From positions 5,430,626 through 5,467,113 of the forward strand of contig NC_069004.1 in NCBI RefSeq assembly GCF_001194135.2: a DNA stretch of 36,488 nt, written 5' to 3'. The notes under the pieces are model-generated. The model made no database searches. It saw only the letters and a list, made by a program, of their open reading frames with translations, and was not told the DNA's origin. The position numbers and the translations under genes were made by a program. The stretch is from Octopus bimaculoides (taxonomy: Eukaryota). Positions within the stretch are counted from its first letter, which is position 1. Every line of letters begins with the position of its first letter. Shown here in pieces: positions 1 through 11,050 of this stretch.

Positions 1-26
1 GTAACAATAATAATAATAATAGTAAC

Positions 27-58
<32 letters not shown>

Positions 59-270
59 TAATAATAATAATAATGATAATAATGATGATGGTAATAATAA
101 TAATGATAATAATGATGATAGTAATAATGATGGTAATAATAATAATAATAATAGTAACAATAATAATAATAATGATAATAATAATAGTAACAATAATAAT
201 AGTGATGAAGATGACAACAATAATGATGATGATGATAGCTCCAACAACAGCGGCAGCAATAGTAGTAGTA

Positions 271-305
<35 letters not shown>
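1..305. repeat. Compound (AAT)n/(GAT)n/(AGT)n trinucleotide microsatellite
   Basis: Directly visible; gives the spurious poly-Ile ORF 55..327. Confidence 0.97.
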
Positions 306-307
<2 letters not shown>

Positions 308-910
308 GTGAAAAAGTAAAGAAGTAGAAGGAGGAGGAGGAGTGGGGGGGGGAAGCTGTCCAATCTTTCTTGAAGAAGTAAAGATGAATGTAACTTAAGT
401 ATTTAAGTTTTCTCCTTTGTAAGATTATCGATTTTATGTTTCAATCTCTTTGCTTTTTCTTTAGTTATTTATTTAGTGGAATTTAATTTAATTTAAATTT
501 TGTGTTCTGTTTATTTTTTTTTTGTTTGTTTTTTTTAATTTATTGCTTATTTTTATTTTTATTTCTGTATGTTTTATTTATTTATTTATTTAATTTTTTT
601 TTGTGTCTTTTAATTTTTCATGAAATTTGTATTTTTTTCCTTCTTCTTCTTCCCCCCCCCTCTCTCTGTTCCTGTCTGTCTGTCTCTCCTCTCATCCTCT
701 TTCTCCATTCTCCTTCCTATGTAGACATCATCACCACCCCCATCACCACCACTACTTGCGTTCTTATCGTTCTCATTGTCTTCGACATCCTCCTAACGAT
801 TATTATCATTGTTGTCATTGTGGTTGTTGTTGTTGTCATGGCAGTTGTCATTATTTATCATCATCATCATCATCATCTCCATCATTGTTGTCATAAACAT
901 AATAGTTACT

Positions 911-1029
911 GAGCTGGCAGAATTGTGCTTTCCTCCTTTCCCAAAATTTCAGGCCTTGTGCCTGTAAAAGAAAGGATTATTATTATTTTAATTATTATTA
1001 TCATTATTATTATCATTATTATTATTATT
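911..1029 (+). mobile_element. Internally deleted SINE (family C): head fused to tail, then (ATT)n tail
   Basis: GAGCTGGCAGAATTG head and CCCAAAATTTCAGGCCTTGTGCCTG...GAAAGGATTATT tail match longer copies at 4912, 27209 and 28204. Confidence 0.75.
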
Positions 1030-1615
1030 CAGTAGTTTTATTTTTATAACGTGCTTTCACTTCACTACCGAGCGCAGCTCTGTGCGCCTTGGGTATGTGC
1101 TGTGGTTTGCTGTGGTGCTCTTATGTTTACTGTATTGAAAGTGTTTTGCGTAGAATGTGTGCAGTACCCAGTAGTGCAATTTTCTGTATGTTATATATAT
1201 TTGTAAGTCCTGGTGTTTTTGTTATGTATTTGTCTGAATATTTTTTTATTATACCTAAGGCACCTACTATGATAGGAATTGTTTCTGTTTTTAGATTCCA
1301 CATTCGAGTTATCTCTATTTCCAGGTCTTTGTATTTTGAAAGTTTTTCCATTTCTTTTAGAGAAACGTTGTCATCTGCTGGTATTGATACATCAATTAGA
1401 AAGCATTTTTTTTCTTCATGATCTTTGACAACTATATCTGGTCTATTTGCCTTAATTTCTCTATCTGTGTGTATTGGCATATCCCAGAGTATGGTTGCTT
1501 TCTCGTTTTCTGTGACCTTTTCTGGCGTGTGTTTATACCATCTTTTTTCTGTTGTTATTCCATAATGTTGGCATAGCTTCCAGTGTATATAGGTCCCAGC
1601 TCTGTCGTGTCTGTG
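1030..1615 (-). mobile_element. 5'-truncated R4/Dong-like non-LTR retrotransposon (restriction-like endonuclease type) inserted in a (TAA)n array
   Basis: RLE-domain ORF plus about 97-nt 3' UTR ending AAAAATAAAACTACTG, followed by (AAT)n; (AAT)n also abuts the 5' truncation at 1616. Dong-type R4 elements are known to target TAA repeats. Confidence 0.88.
1127..1615 (-). pseudogene. C-terminal RLE (PD-(D/E)xK) endonuclease segment of the retrotransposon ORF, 162 codons open
   Basis: The frame extends upstream of the tracked Met: HRHDRAGTYIHWKLCQHYGITTEKRWYKHTPEKVTENEKATILWDMPIHTDREIKANRPDIVVKD...CFLIDVSIP...EKLSKYKDL... It carries RHD, ILWD, NRPD, D and KxxKY motifs of R4-clade elements; RT and zinc knuckle are missing. 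Confidence 0.9.
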
Positions 1616-1634
1616 ATTATTATTATTATCATTA

Positions 1635-1920
1635 TTATTATCTCCGCCTTAGCAAAGCCGGAGGTATTGTTTTCAGTCAAGTTTGTTTGTTTGTTTGTTT
1701 GTCCGTGAACAAGTTATCTCAAGAACTGCTGGATGGATTCAGATGAAACTTTCAGGCATGTTTAGCCTTGTAACTGGCATGAACTGATTAGAGTTTGGGA
1801 TTAATCCAGTACTGGACAAGGATTCTGGATTATTTTTCCTGTTTTTTGGACTTAATTTTTGAGAGCAGTCAGGTTCATTTTTAAGTATTCTCGTTTGTGA
1901 GAGCAGTCGAGTTTATTTCA
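1635..1920 (+). mobile_element. HINE/DINE-1-like (Helentron-associated) non-autonomous element, 3'-truncated
   Basis: TTATTATCTCCGCC start, CTCCG/CGGAG hairpin, (GTTT)n tract, then GGATGGATTCAGATGAAACTT; this architecture is typical of HINE/DINE-1-type elements (recalled). Confidence 0.6.
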
Positions 1921-2725
1921 TTGTAACGCAGAAATATATGCACATGCAGTAATTAGTGCATTCTGCATTTCTGAGCATTATAGGTGATAACTGCAGCACA
2001 TTTTTGCAGTATAAGCAGAATTTTTGACTGATGGCCAACCTGTGTTGTCGCAGGTCAATCTGTGATAAACATGACATGGTTCACAGTAGAACATCAATGA
2101 TGAATGAATCAGTTTTGAACGAGGCAACGGTTATTGGTTATTTTATAATTGCTTTATGTCGTTACGTTAATTACTAAAAGTATATTTAGATGAGATTATG
2201 AAAGTCCTGCTTACATATGTGCTCAGCTGTTTTATTGCATGAAAAGTGATTGGAACGATTTTATTGGTCGACAACTTCTGATTTGTGAAAAACGTCTCTG
2301 ACTGGATATTAATAGCTTGCCAAAGTTATGGATTTACAAGAATTTTGACACTTCAGAAGTGATTAGAATCAACTATATGCTGTTAAATGTGAATCAACTT
2401 TGCAATGATTAAAGAATAATTCTCTACACAGGTCTTTGATTAATTTCTTATCTGGTTTTGAAGACATCTTAGATAGACTTATGAAGCCAAATGTAAAAAT
2501 GAAGAAATGGTTTCTTTCTGTGATGTCTGAGAGATACACTAACCAGTTCCAGTTGCTATGAAGAATTTAGTGGCCTGGAATCTCAGTACAAAAAAAAAAA
2601 TGAATAAAAATGGCAAAACATGATACTCAATAAGCAAAATGAATTTTATAAGCAAATGGAATTTTATTTTTCCTTTTCCATTTTCTCTGTTCTTTTTCTG
2701 TCTTGAGAATTACATGGCAACTTCA

Positions 2726-2789
2726 CTAGTGCCAGTGGCATGGAAAAAAGTACCCAGTACACCCTGCAAAAAGGTTGGCATGAGGAAGG
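2726..2789 (+). mobile_element. Fragment of family E repeat, cut by a gap
   Basis: CCCAGTACACCCTGCAAAAAGGTTGGCATGAGGAAGG matches the 66-bp unit at 28608-28805. Confidence 0.65.
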
Positions 2790-3456
2790 NNNNNNNNNNN
2801 NNNNNNNNNNNNNNNNNNNNNNNNNNNNNNNNNNNNNNNNNNNNNNNNNNNNNNNNNNNNNNNNNNNNNNNNNNNNNNNNNNNNNNNNNNNNNNNNNNNN
2901 NNNNNNNNNNNNNNNNNNNNNNNNNNNNNNNNNNNNNNNNNNNNNNNNNNNNNNNNNNNNNNNNNNNNNNNNNNNNNNNNNNNNNNNNNNNNNNNNNNNN
3001 NNNNNNNNNNNNNNNNNNNNNNNNNNNNNNNNNNNNNNNNNNNNNNNNNNNNNNNNNNNNNNNNNNNNNNNNNNNNNNNNNNNNNNNNNNNNNNNNNNNN
3101 NNNNNNNNNNNNNNNNNNNNNNNNNNNNNNNNNNNNNNNNNNNNNNNNNNNNNNNNNNNNNNNNNNNNNNNNNNNNNNNNNNNNNNNNNNNNNNNNNNNN
3201 NNNNNNNNNNNNNNNNNNNNNNNNNNNNNNNNNNNNNNNNNNNNNNNNNNNNNNNNNNNNNNNNNNNNNNNNNNNNNNNNNNNNNNNNNNNNNNNNNNNN
3301 NNNNNNNNNNNNNNNNNNNNNNNNNNNNNNNNNNNNNNNNNNNNNNNNNNNNNNNNNNNNNNNNNNNNNNNNNNNNNNNNNNNNNNNNNNNNNNNNNNNN
3401 NNNNNNNNNNNNNNNNNNNNNNNNNNNNNNNNNNNNNNNNNNNNNNNNNNNNNNNN
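2790..3456. other. Assembly gap. Other gaps: 7771-7780, 11405-11566, 14977-14986, 18222-18231, 22564-23386, 27491-27645, 31664-31673, 32279-32288, 35223-35669
   Basis: Runs of n. Confidence 0.99.
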
Positions 3457-3469
3457 AGCGACGGAGTGC

Positions 3470-4418
3470 CAGCAACATAGAAATACATTGACTTTGTTTC
3501 AAATGATTTTCAAAATAACATAGAATTTCGTAAAATATATTTTTCTTTGTTAAGGCGGCAGTTTGGAACATGAATTAACACAAAGTTTTTGAGGGGAAGT
3601 TTTTAAATGTCTTTAAAAGAGGAATTTTGTATCATACAACCTGGAATGGTCTCAGGTCGGTTGGCGTCAAAGAAGTTGAATATTTTTGTTGCTGTATCTA
3701 CGTTGAAAAGTACAGCCTTTTTGAAACTAATATAGAATTTATTGAAATAACTTTGTTCAAATTAAACTGGTGTTTGGATTAGGAACTAACATGGAATTTT
3801 GCTGGAGGGTTTTAATTTAGATCACTTTAAAATAGGAAATTAGAATCACAGAACCAAGGATGGTCTTTGACTGGTTTGTAATAAAAGGGCTATGTTGAAA
3901 TATACCATTTTTGGTTCAAAATTAATTCTGAAAATAATGCAAAACTTATTGAAATGTCTTTGGCATTATTAGACTTGAGCTTGGAACATAAACGAACATG
4001 AAATTTTGAGGGAAGGTTTTAATTTAGATCTCGTTAACTCTTTTGTTACCATATTATTTTTCAAAATACATAGCCTTTATTTCAATTAATTTTGAAAAAG
4101 ATAATGAAGAAATAAGCAAAATAACTTTGGAGTTAGGAACATAAATTAAGATAGAATTTTGATAGGTTTTAATTTAGATCACTTTACCCCTTTTGTTACC
4201 ATATTTTTGTTGAAATAAACAGCGTTTATTTCAATTAATTTTGAAAATAATAAAAAAAATATAGTAAAATAATTTTAATCATTATTAAACTGGAGTTTGG
4301 AACATAAATTAAGATGAAATTTTGAAAGACAGATTTAATTAAGATCACTTTTAAAAATGATATTTCTGTCATAAAAGCAGGTGGTTAGTTTCAGGCAGGT
4401 TGGTATTAAAAGAGTTGA
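3470..4418 (+). repeat. Tandem array (about 5 units of 140-235 bp) of an AT-rich element with TTAA|CCCTTTTG termini, piggyBac-like non-autonomous
   Basis: Left ends TTAACTCTTTTGTTACC (4034) and TTACCCCTTTTGTTACC (4184); right end GGTATTAAAAGAGTTGA (about 4402-4418) is an imperfect inverted copy; shared body CAATTAATTTTGAAAA...TTAATTTAGATCACT. Confidence 0.75.
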
Positions 4419-4911
4419 GCAGAGACACACCTACTAATCCCACACACTTGCTAACGATGCTAATATAAATTTCAAAATCAGGTGATGAGAGGACATATTA
4501 GTTTACCATTCATTCGTAGACAATTGCAGCCAGCAAACAATTCTAAAGCAGAAACAAAAACAATAGATAAAAGAATAAAAATATCTGCCAATTTCAATAA
4601 TTCTAATATGTTCTAACAATAAACAACGATGACTTCGTTTTGTTATATTTATTATATGTGGCTGTGTTAATTACTATATTTCGTTTCGCTTGTGAGTTCT
4701 TACTAATTTTCTGACATTTCTTCCAAATGTTCATTTCATTGTATCGCAATAAATGTTGCACTTGGATATTTTATACTTCATATTCTGTCTATAATTGTCT
4801 TCATAATTATCCAAGATCACGACAATCCTATGTACATGCATGCTTCTTGACTATTATTATTATTATCATCGTCATCATTATTATTATTATTATTATTATC
4901 GCTTTTATAAA

Positions 4912-5142
4912 AGGCAGTGAGTTGGCAAAATTGTTAGTAAATCAGGTGAAAAGCTTAGAGGTGTTTCATCTGTCACTTCATTCTTGGTTCAAATTCTGCT
5001 GAGGTCGACCTTGCCTTTCATCCTTTCAGGGGTTGATAAAATAAGTACCAGTTGAACAATGGGGCCGATGCATTCGACTAGCCCTGTCCCTCACAGTTTC
5101 AGGACTTGTGTCTATAGTAGAAAGGATTATTGTTACTATTAT
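4912..5142 (+). mobile_element. SINE family C, near full length, between (ATT)n tracts
   Basis: Head GGCAGTGAGTTGGC, B-box-like GGTTCAAATTC, central GCCTTTCATCCTTTCAGGGGTTGATAAAATAAGTACCAG, tail GTAGAAAGGATTATT. Confidence 0.85.
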
Positions 5143-5159
5143 TTCTGAGTTTAAATTCA

Positions 5160-5360
5160 CCATTTCCACCATCATCACCACCACCGTCATCATCATCATC
5201 GTAACCACGACCACCATCATTGTCATCATCTACATTAAAGAATAGTCACCATCACCACCACCATCATCATCATTTTCATCACCATCTACACCACACAATA
5301 ACCATCACCACCATCACGACTATCACCATCAGCATTTGCTCCATGACCATTGTCATCATC

Positions 5361-5392
<32 letters not shown>

Positions 5393-5590
5393 CATCCTCA
5401 TCAGTAGCATCAGTAGTCGCTCTGGCTGTTGTAATCTTGATGCTGGAGGTAGTAATGTTGAAAAAAGCAAAATGATGACAGCACTGGTGATGATGATGAT
5501 GATGGTTATGGAGTGTATGTCTGTCTATCTATCTATCTATCTATCTGTGTGTATGTCGATCTATTTATCTATCAAGAAAAAGACACTTGT

Positions 5591-5620
<30 letters not shown>
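5160..5620. repeat. Compound (CAC)n/(CAT)n, (TATC)n, (CA)n microsatellites
   Basis: Directly visible. Confidence 0.95.
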
Positions 5621-5624
<4 letters not shown>

Positions 5625-6044
5625 TTTGGATTCACCTCACATCACAGAAAACATTCAGCCGAATCTATTTTTATTGACAAACAAAGCTATAAAAATTATA
5701 GCTCGTTATAAACACAACACTAATTGTTGACGAACCAAGCAAAAGACTCTCACTCTTTTATTATCAGTTTTCTTGTTGTTGTTCTTGTTTTTGTTGTTTC
5801 GATGTTCTGACCAAAGTACAGTATTATTGACCATTCTCCAGAGCCTGGCATCAATACACTCGTTTCTGTCTTTTGTTAATTAATTTATTTGGTTCTTTGA
5901 TTTTGTCCTTTTTGTTTTTACTTCTTAAAAATGGTATTTTTAGAACTTCTCATATCGCTTAATTTCGTAATATTTAAAATTTAAAATTCTACCACCACCA
6001 CCACCACCACCACCAGTGCCGCTGCCGTCTTCATTAAATACTTC

Positions 6045-6280
6045 TTTTATTTTTTTTTTTTACTGGTTTCAGTCATTTGACTGTGGCCATGCTGGAGCAC
6101 TGCCTTTAGTCGAAGAAATCAATCCCAGGACTCATTCTCTGTAAGCCTAGTACTTATTCTGTCGGCTTCTTTTGCCAAACTGCTATGTTACGGGGAGGGG
6201 ACGTAAACACACCAACATCAGTTGTCAAGAGATGGTGGAGAGGGGACAAACACAGACACAAAGACACACACACACACACA
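6045..6280 (-). mobile_element. SINE family A/B, 3' (B) part
   Basis: Reverse complement of GAATAAGTACTAGGCTTAC...GCTCCAGCATGGCC.CAGTCAAATGACTGAAAC seen at 11575-11719. Confidence 0.9.
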
Positions 6281-6429
6281 GAATGAGAGAGAGGGAAAGA
6301 AAGGAAGTGAGAAAGAGAGAGAGAGTATTCTCAGGATGGGTAGTAACCATTTGCGAAATCATTGTTTAGAATCAGTCTACCTTACTCTTTTAAGGAGAAT
6401 AGAACCATTTCCTGGTTTCTCTTGTGTTT

Positions 6430-6620
6430 GTATATTCCTTCCTGGATGGGACACCAGTCTGACGCAGGATTATTCATTTTTATTTTACCAGCAGACTGGA
6501 CTAGAGTGACGTGAAGTGCAGTGTTTTGTTAAAGAAGACAATGTGTCATCCAGTCCAGGAATTGAAACTGCAATCTTACGATCATGAGTCTAACATCCTA
6601 ACCACTGAGCCATGCACCTT
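6430..6620 (-). mobile_element. tRNA-derived SINE family D
   Basis: A-box TGGCTCAGTGG and B-box-like GTTTCAATTCC on the minus strand; related copies at 26139 and 30029. Confidence 0.85.
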
Positions 6621-6796
6621 TACAAACACACAAATATAGATGTCAGAAATAAACAACATTGACATACAGACACATACACACACACTGAAACAGACTCCAA
6701 TGTGGTTGGTGTTGAAGTTCTGCATTGACAAGGCTTATAATATGTGGTGCAATTGATAAAAAGAGCACAGCGAATTTGCAATGAGGTGTGGAAAAT

Positions 6797-6990
6797 CCAA
6801 CGTTTCAGACTCAGTCCTTTTTCAGGGTGAAAGATTGAAAGGAGAGAAGTAAATTAGAGACACCAAAGGTTGAAATCCTCTGAGTTTTAAACAGTTTTCT
6901 TCTCTTTTTTTTTTTTTTGAACGTAGATGATTAAAACTCTGTTGTTTCTCATTAATTTCTCTCCTTTTGACTTTTCTGCTGAAGAAGAAC
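6797..6990. mobile_element. Degenerate inverted pair of Penelope-like termini with hammerhead vestiges
   Basis: Arms about 6812-6877 and 6929-6990 are imperfect inverted repeats; the minus strand has CUGAAAA-A-GGAC-UGA-GUCU-GAAACGUU and the plus strand has CUGAAGAAG. Confidence 0.5.
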
Positions 6991-6994
6991 CAGT

Positions 6995-7147
6995 CTCCCA
7001 TGAAAAACCTGTCTCGCCATGAGGGAAATGTTACTTTGGTTGGAAACGGGTGAGGATTGGTGACAGGAAAGGCATCCAGCTATAGAAAAACTGACTCAGC
7101 ATATTCTATCTGAGTCAAGTTAACAGTAACACAATGATGATGATGAT
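6995..7147 (+). mobile_element. RTE-type-tail repeat fragment ending in (GAT)n
   Basis: GGAAAGGCATCCAGCTATAGAAAA motif, shared with 21555-21639 and family E. Confidence 0.6.
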
Positions 7148-7149
7148 TG

Positions 7150-7325
7150 TGTGCGTGCATGTGTATAAATATATATATATATATGTTCATGCTCATAAGA
7201 TGCATAAACACATGCACACACATAATTCGATGAATATCTATGTGTATGTGAATATATCTCTCTATGTGCCTTTCTAGCTATCTATGTATATATGTATCTA
7301 TCTATCTGTGTGTGTGTATATGTAC

Positions 7326-7380
<55 letters not shown>

Positions 7381-7909
7381 CAGTTTGTGCATAAGAATTG
7401 CGAATACACTCTCACAAATACATATGCATGTTTGTGTGTATGTGTCTACACGCACACACACGCACATATATAACATAAATGTATACAGACCATATGAATA
7501 TATCCTCACACATGCATGCATACATACATACATACATACATGCCTGCATTACTATGCGTATGACCATCTAAATTTAACTGTGCAGTTGCCACCATTATAT
7601 ACCACAAACAGGCACATTAATGTCAAAATATGAGGTGAACACATATTTGGCGATTGCCATGGCGACTGTTTCATTCTAATAAGCCAACTTAGAGAATTCA
7701 GAAACTAATTTAACACCATTCTTCGCCACCTGCCCTTCTTCCTCATCTTCCCTTTCTTTTTCTTTCTCTCNNNNNNNNNNCTTTCTCTCTTTTTACGGCT
7801 ATGAATTTCCAAACTTAACCGTGTTGGTTCCATGCTACAAAGCACCACACCTGCCTAATTTCAGCAATTTTGTTAGATGTATGTGTGTTTGAATGCATAC
7901 ACACACATA

Positions 7910-7942
<33 letters not shown>

Positions 7943-8332
7943 GTGTGTGTGTTTGTGTGTGTGCGTGTGTACATACAAATGTGTATTTATGTGTGTGTAT
8001 GTGCATATATATATATATATATATACTTATATTTTTACATACATATATATATATATATATTGACATCTTTTTACGCATATACATTCTCTCTCTCTCTTTC
8101 TGTGTGTATGTATATATGTATATATATATATATGTGTGTGTTTGTGTGTGTGTATATATATATATATGTATATATACAAATCTCTCTCTTTCTACACATA
8201 CACATCTATACATATATATGCTTATAGGTGTACTACATCTGTCTACCTTGCTAGCTATTTCATGTCTGTCTGTCCGTCTCTCTATATATGTATGCATGAG
8301 CACACCACCTACACACACATATGCACATATAT

Positions 8333-8410
<78 letters not shown>

Positions 8411-8830
8411 CACCTACTTATATCTATGTATACCTGTCACTTTAAACTAATAAGTAATCTTTAAGTGTTCTGTTTGACTTGTCAGCATCAAACACCCACA
8501 CACGTACACATGCGCACGCACACGTGTGCCGACACATACACACACACACTTGTCCTTATCTCTCGCTCACTCTGTCTCTCACCCTGTCTCTCACTCTCTC
8601 TTTCTCTCTCTCATACATTTTATTAATCTGTTTCCTTACACACAAATACACACACAGATTTCTATATTTGCTGTCTGATTGCATTTATTTCTGTCTGTCT
8701 CTCTGTCTACCTGTCCACATGTTATCTGTGTCAGTGCCTGTCTGTCCATCCTGTCAGTCAGTCTGTAACATGTATATTACAGACCAGTGGCATATTATAC
8801 CTATGTGTATTATGTGCACATGTAAAACAA
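7150..8830. repeat. Field of (TA)n/(TG)n/(CA)n/(CT)n dinucleotide repeats
   Basis: Directly visible; source of the YI/CV/HT ORFs. Confidence 0.95.
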
Positions 8831-9021
8831 ACAGAAACATAGATATATACACATAGGCACATATTCATGTATGGACACTGACAAACATTTCATTGCCAAA
8901 TTGAACAATAGTACTAGAAGGTGTTGAAATTGTAATGATATTTGTTTAGCAGCTGATGATGGGTTTTGCCTGTCCATATCCTTTGTATGTTCGTTCTTTT
9001 TTTTTTTTGTTTTTCCCATAA

Positions 9022-9147
9022 ATTCCACCTTCGAATGAGAGCATGTATCCCTGCCCTGTAAAATTCTGTTGACTGTTCTTTGAGCCATTTCTTCACTACA
9101 GTTTTCACTTCCTCATCACTGGAATAATGTTTGCCTCTCAAACCCTC
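9022..9147 (-). pseudogene. mariner-type transposase C-terminal fragment
   Basis: EGLRGKHYSSDEEVKTVVKKWLKEQSTEFYRAGIHALIRRWN matches the mariner C-terminal LRGxxFxSDEEV...FYxxGIxxLxxRW pattern. Confidence 0.88.
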
Positions 9148-9185
9148 AAACCCTGAATGCTGAAAAGTTAAATAATGTTGTCTGG

Positions 9186-9250
9186 ACGGTCATGGCTGGA
9201 GCCCTTTTGATCAGAGGTCTTCTAACCTGGGGTTCAACAACAACAACAAC
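9186..9250 (+). mobile_element. Family F repeat tail with (AAC)n
   Basis: GGTCATGGCTGGA...ACCTGGGGTTCAACAACAAC, related to 14352, 17110 and 22005. Confidence 0.55.
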
Positions 9251-9299
9251 TTAAATACCAAAATGAAGATTTGATAATACAGATGTTTTTTTTTTTTTA

Positions 9300-9905
9300 C
9301 CTTGACTGATTGAATGATTTCATGAGTGATTATTCAGTCTGAATGATTGATTGGGCTGATTGAGACAATGGTTACTTCACTGATTGATTAACTGGTTGCT
9401 TGATTGAGCAATTGGTTGATTGGGAGAACAGTTGCTTCACTTTACAAAGGGGTTGCTTGGATACTGAATGATTGCTTGATTGGAGGAGGGAGTGATTGCT
9501 TGATTGCATGACTGGATTGCTTGATTGAAATCATCACTTTGTTGCATGATTATTTGATTGTTTGCTTGTGTGACTGATTGATTGCTTCCTTGATTGCTTG
9601 ACTGCATGACTGATTGCTCATCTATTGGATTGCTTGCTTGTGTGATTGCCTGATTGTTTGATTGGTCAATTGATTGCTTTGTTGGTCACTTGCTTGATTG
9701 ATTGCTTCCTTAACTGCTTGATTGAGTCATTGCTTCATTGCACTATTGCTTACTTGCTTGGTCACTCACTTGGTCACCTGATCACTTCCTTGATTAATAC
9801 TTGCTGGCTTGCTTTACTTCATTGCTTACTTGATTGACAGTTTGTTCAAACGAATGATGATTGACTGCAAGGACTGTTGATTCAGCGATTGTTTGATAGT
9901 ATATA
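9300..9905. repeat. Degenerate (GATT)/(GCTT)/(ACTG) tetranucleotide low-complexity array
   Basis: Recurrent GATTGCTTGATTG units. Confidence 0.9.
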
Positions 9906-10050
9906 ATTGCTCTGCTTTTTCAGAAACTATTGAAGCTAGAAAATCAATAATTTTTCTACGAATAATTGATAAATTAATTTTTTAAAAAACGGTAAATACT
10001 TTCTCTATACCTGGTCTTCACTGAATTTCTTTTTTTAATGAATTCATTTA

Positions 10051-10274
10051 CATTATTTACATTTGACGGATATTTGTCCTCATCTTGTTTGTTGTTAACA
10101 CAACATTTCGGCTGATATACCCTCCAGCCTTCATCAGGTGTCTTGGGGAAATTTCGAACCTAGGTTCTCATTCCTATGGTATTTTTCGATGTAATTATTA
10201 TTATTCAGGTCACTGCCTGGAATTGAACTCGGAATCTTGGGGTTAGTAGCCCATGCTCTTAACCACTACGCCAT
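10051..10274 (-). mobile_element. tRNA-headed SINE-like retroposon with a Penelope-type hammerhead tail, flanked by a 13-bp direct repeat
   Basis: A-box TGGCGTAGTGG (10263-10273), B-box GAGTTCAATTCC (10219-10230), (AAT) tract, HHR core; ATGAATTCATTTA at both 10038-10050 and 10275-10287. Confidence 0.85.
10097..10142 (-). ncRNA. Minimal type I hammerhead ribozyme motif
   Basis: GACAC-CUGAUGA-A-GGCUG(GAGGGUAUAU)CAGCC-GAAA-U-GUU-GUGUU: stem I 5 bp, stem II 5 bp, loopless stem III. Confidence 0.75.
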
Positions 10275-10319
10275 ATGAATTCATTTAGGTTTAAAAAAAA
10301 TTAACTTCACTATGCTATA

Positions 10320-11050
10320 GAATACTGCTCCCCTATACAACTGAACACAGCTATTCTATTTAACAAAAATGCCCTGTACTTAGAACACACCTATTCTATT
10401 TAACTCTACAATACTATTGAGCACTATGGCCCAGTACTATTGAACACAACTGTTCTATATTACATAGTAGCCCTGTTCTATTAAACATATCTATTGTCTA
10501 ACAATTTACCTGTACTGTTCTATTAAACACAATGGGTCTGTACTATAGAACACAGCTGTTATATTTAACACATGTTCCCTTTACTATTAAGCACAGCTGT
10601 TTAATAGTACAGTGGCCCTCTACTATTGAATGTAAGTGTCCTAATTTTCACAATTGCCTTATACTATTGCTCACAGCTGTTCTATTAAACACAGCTGCCC
10701 TCCATTTTTGAATGCATCTATTCTATTTAATATAGTTACTCTGTACTATTAACCCAGATGTTCTGTTTAAAACAACAGGTGTTATACTATTAAACACAGC
10801 TGTTCTGTTTAACACAACAGCCTTGTACTATTGAATGTAGCTATTCTATTTCACACACCTGCCCTGTACTATTGGTTACAGCTGTTCAATTTAAAACAAC
10901 AGGGCCTGTACTATTAAACACAATTGCTCTATTTAACAAAATGGCACCGTAGTATTAACACTGTTGTTCTACTAACTAATGTACTATTGAACACAGCAAT
11001 CCTAAACTGTTACTAAACACAGCTATAGCTGTTCTGTTCTATATTTAACC
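10320..11050. repeat. Degenerate minisatellite with a unit of about 41 bp (two related subunits of about 20 bp)
   Basis: Consensus approximately GCCCTGTACTATTGAACACAGCTGTTCTATTTAACACAACA; no unique spacers. Confidence 0.88.

Noticed and set aside
1921-2720. Non-repetitive-looking segment after the HINE-like element, possibly a decayed transposon ORF
   Set aside because: Stops in all frames I read, and no motif I can name.
10210-10275. Functional tRNA gene (also heads at 6560-6620, 26225-26287, 30140-30206)
   Set aside because: A and B boxes are present but no complete cloverleaf or acceptor stem, and each continues into a repeat body; these are SINE heads.
10320-11050. CRISPR-like array
   Set aside because: No constant repeat with unique spacers; all segments are degenerate copies of one unit, in eukaryotic context.
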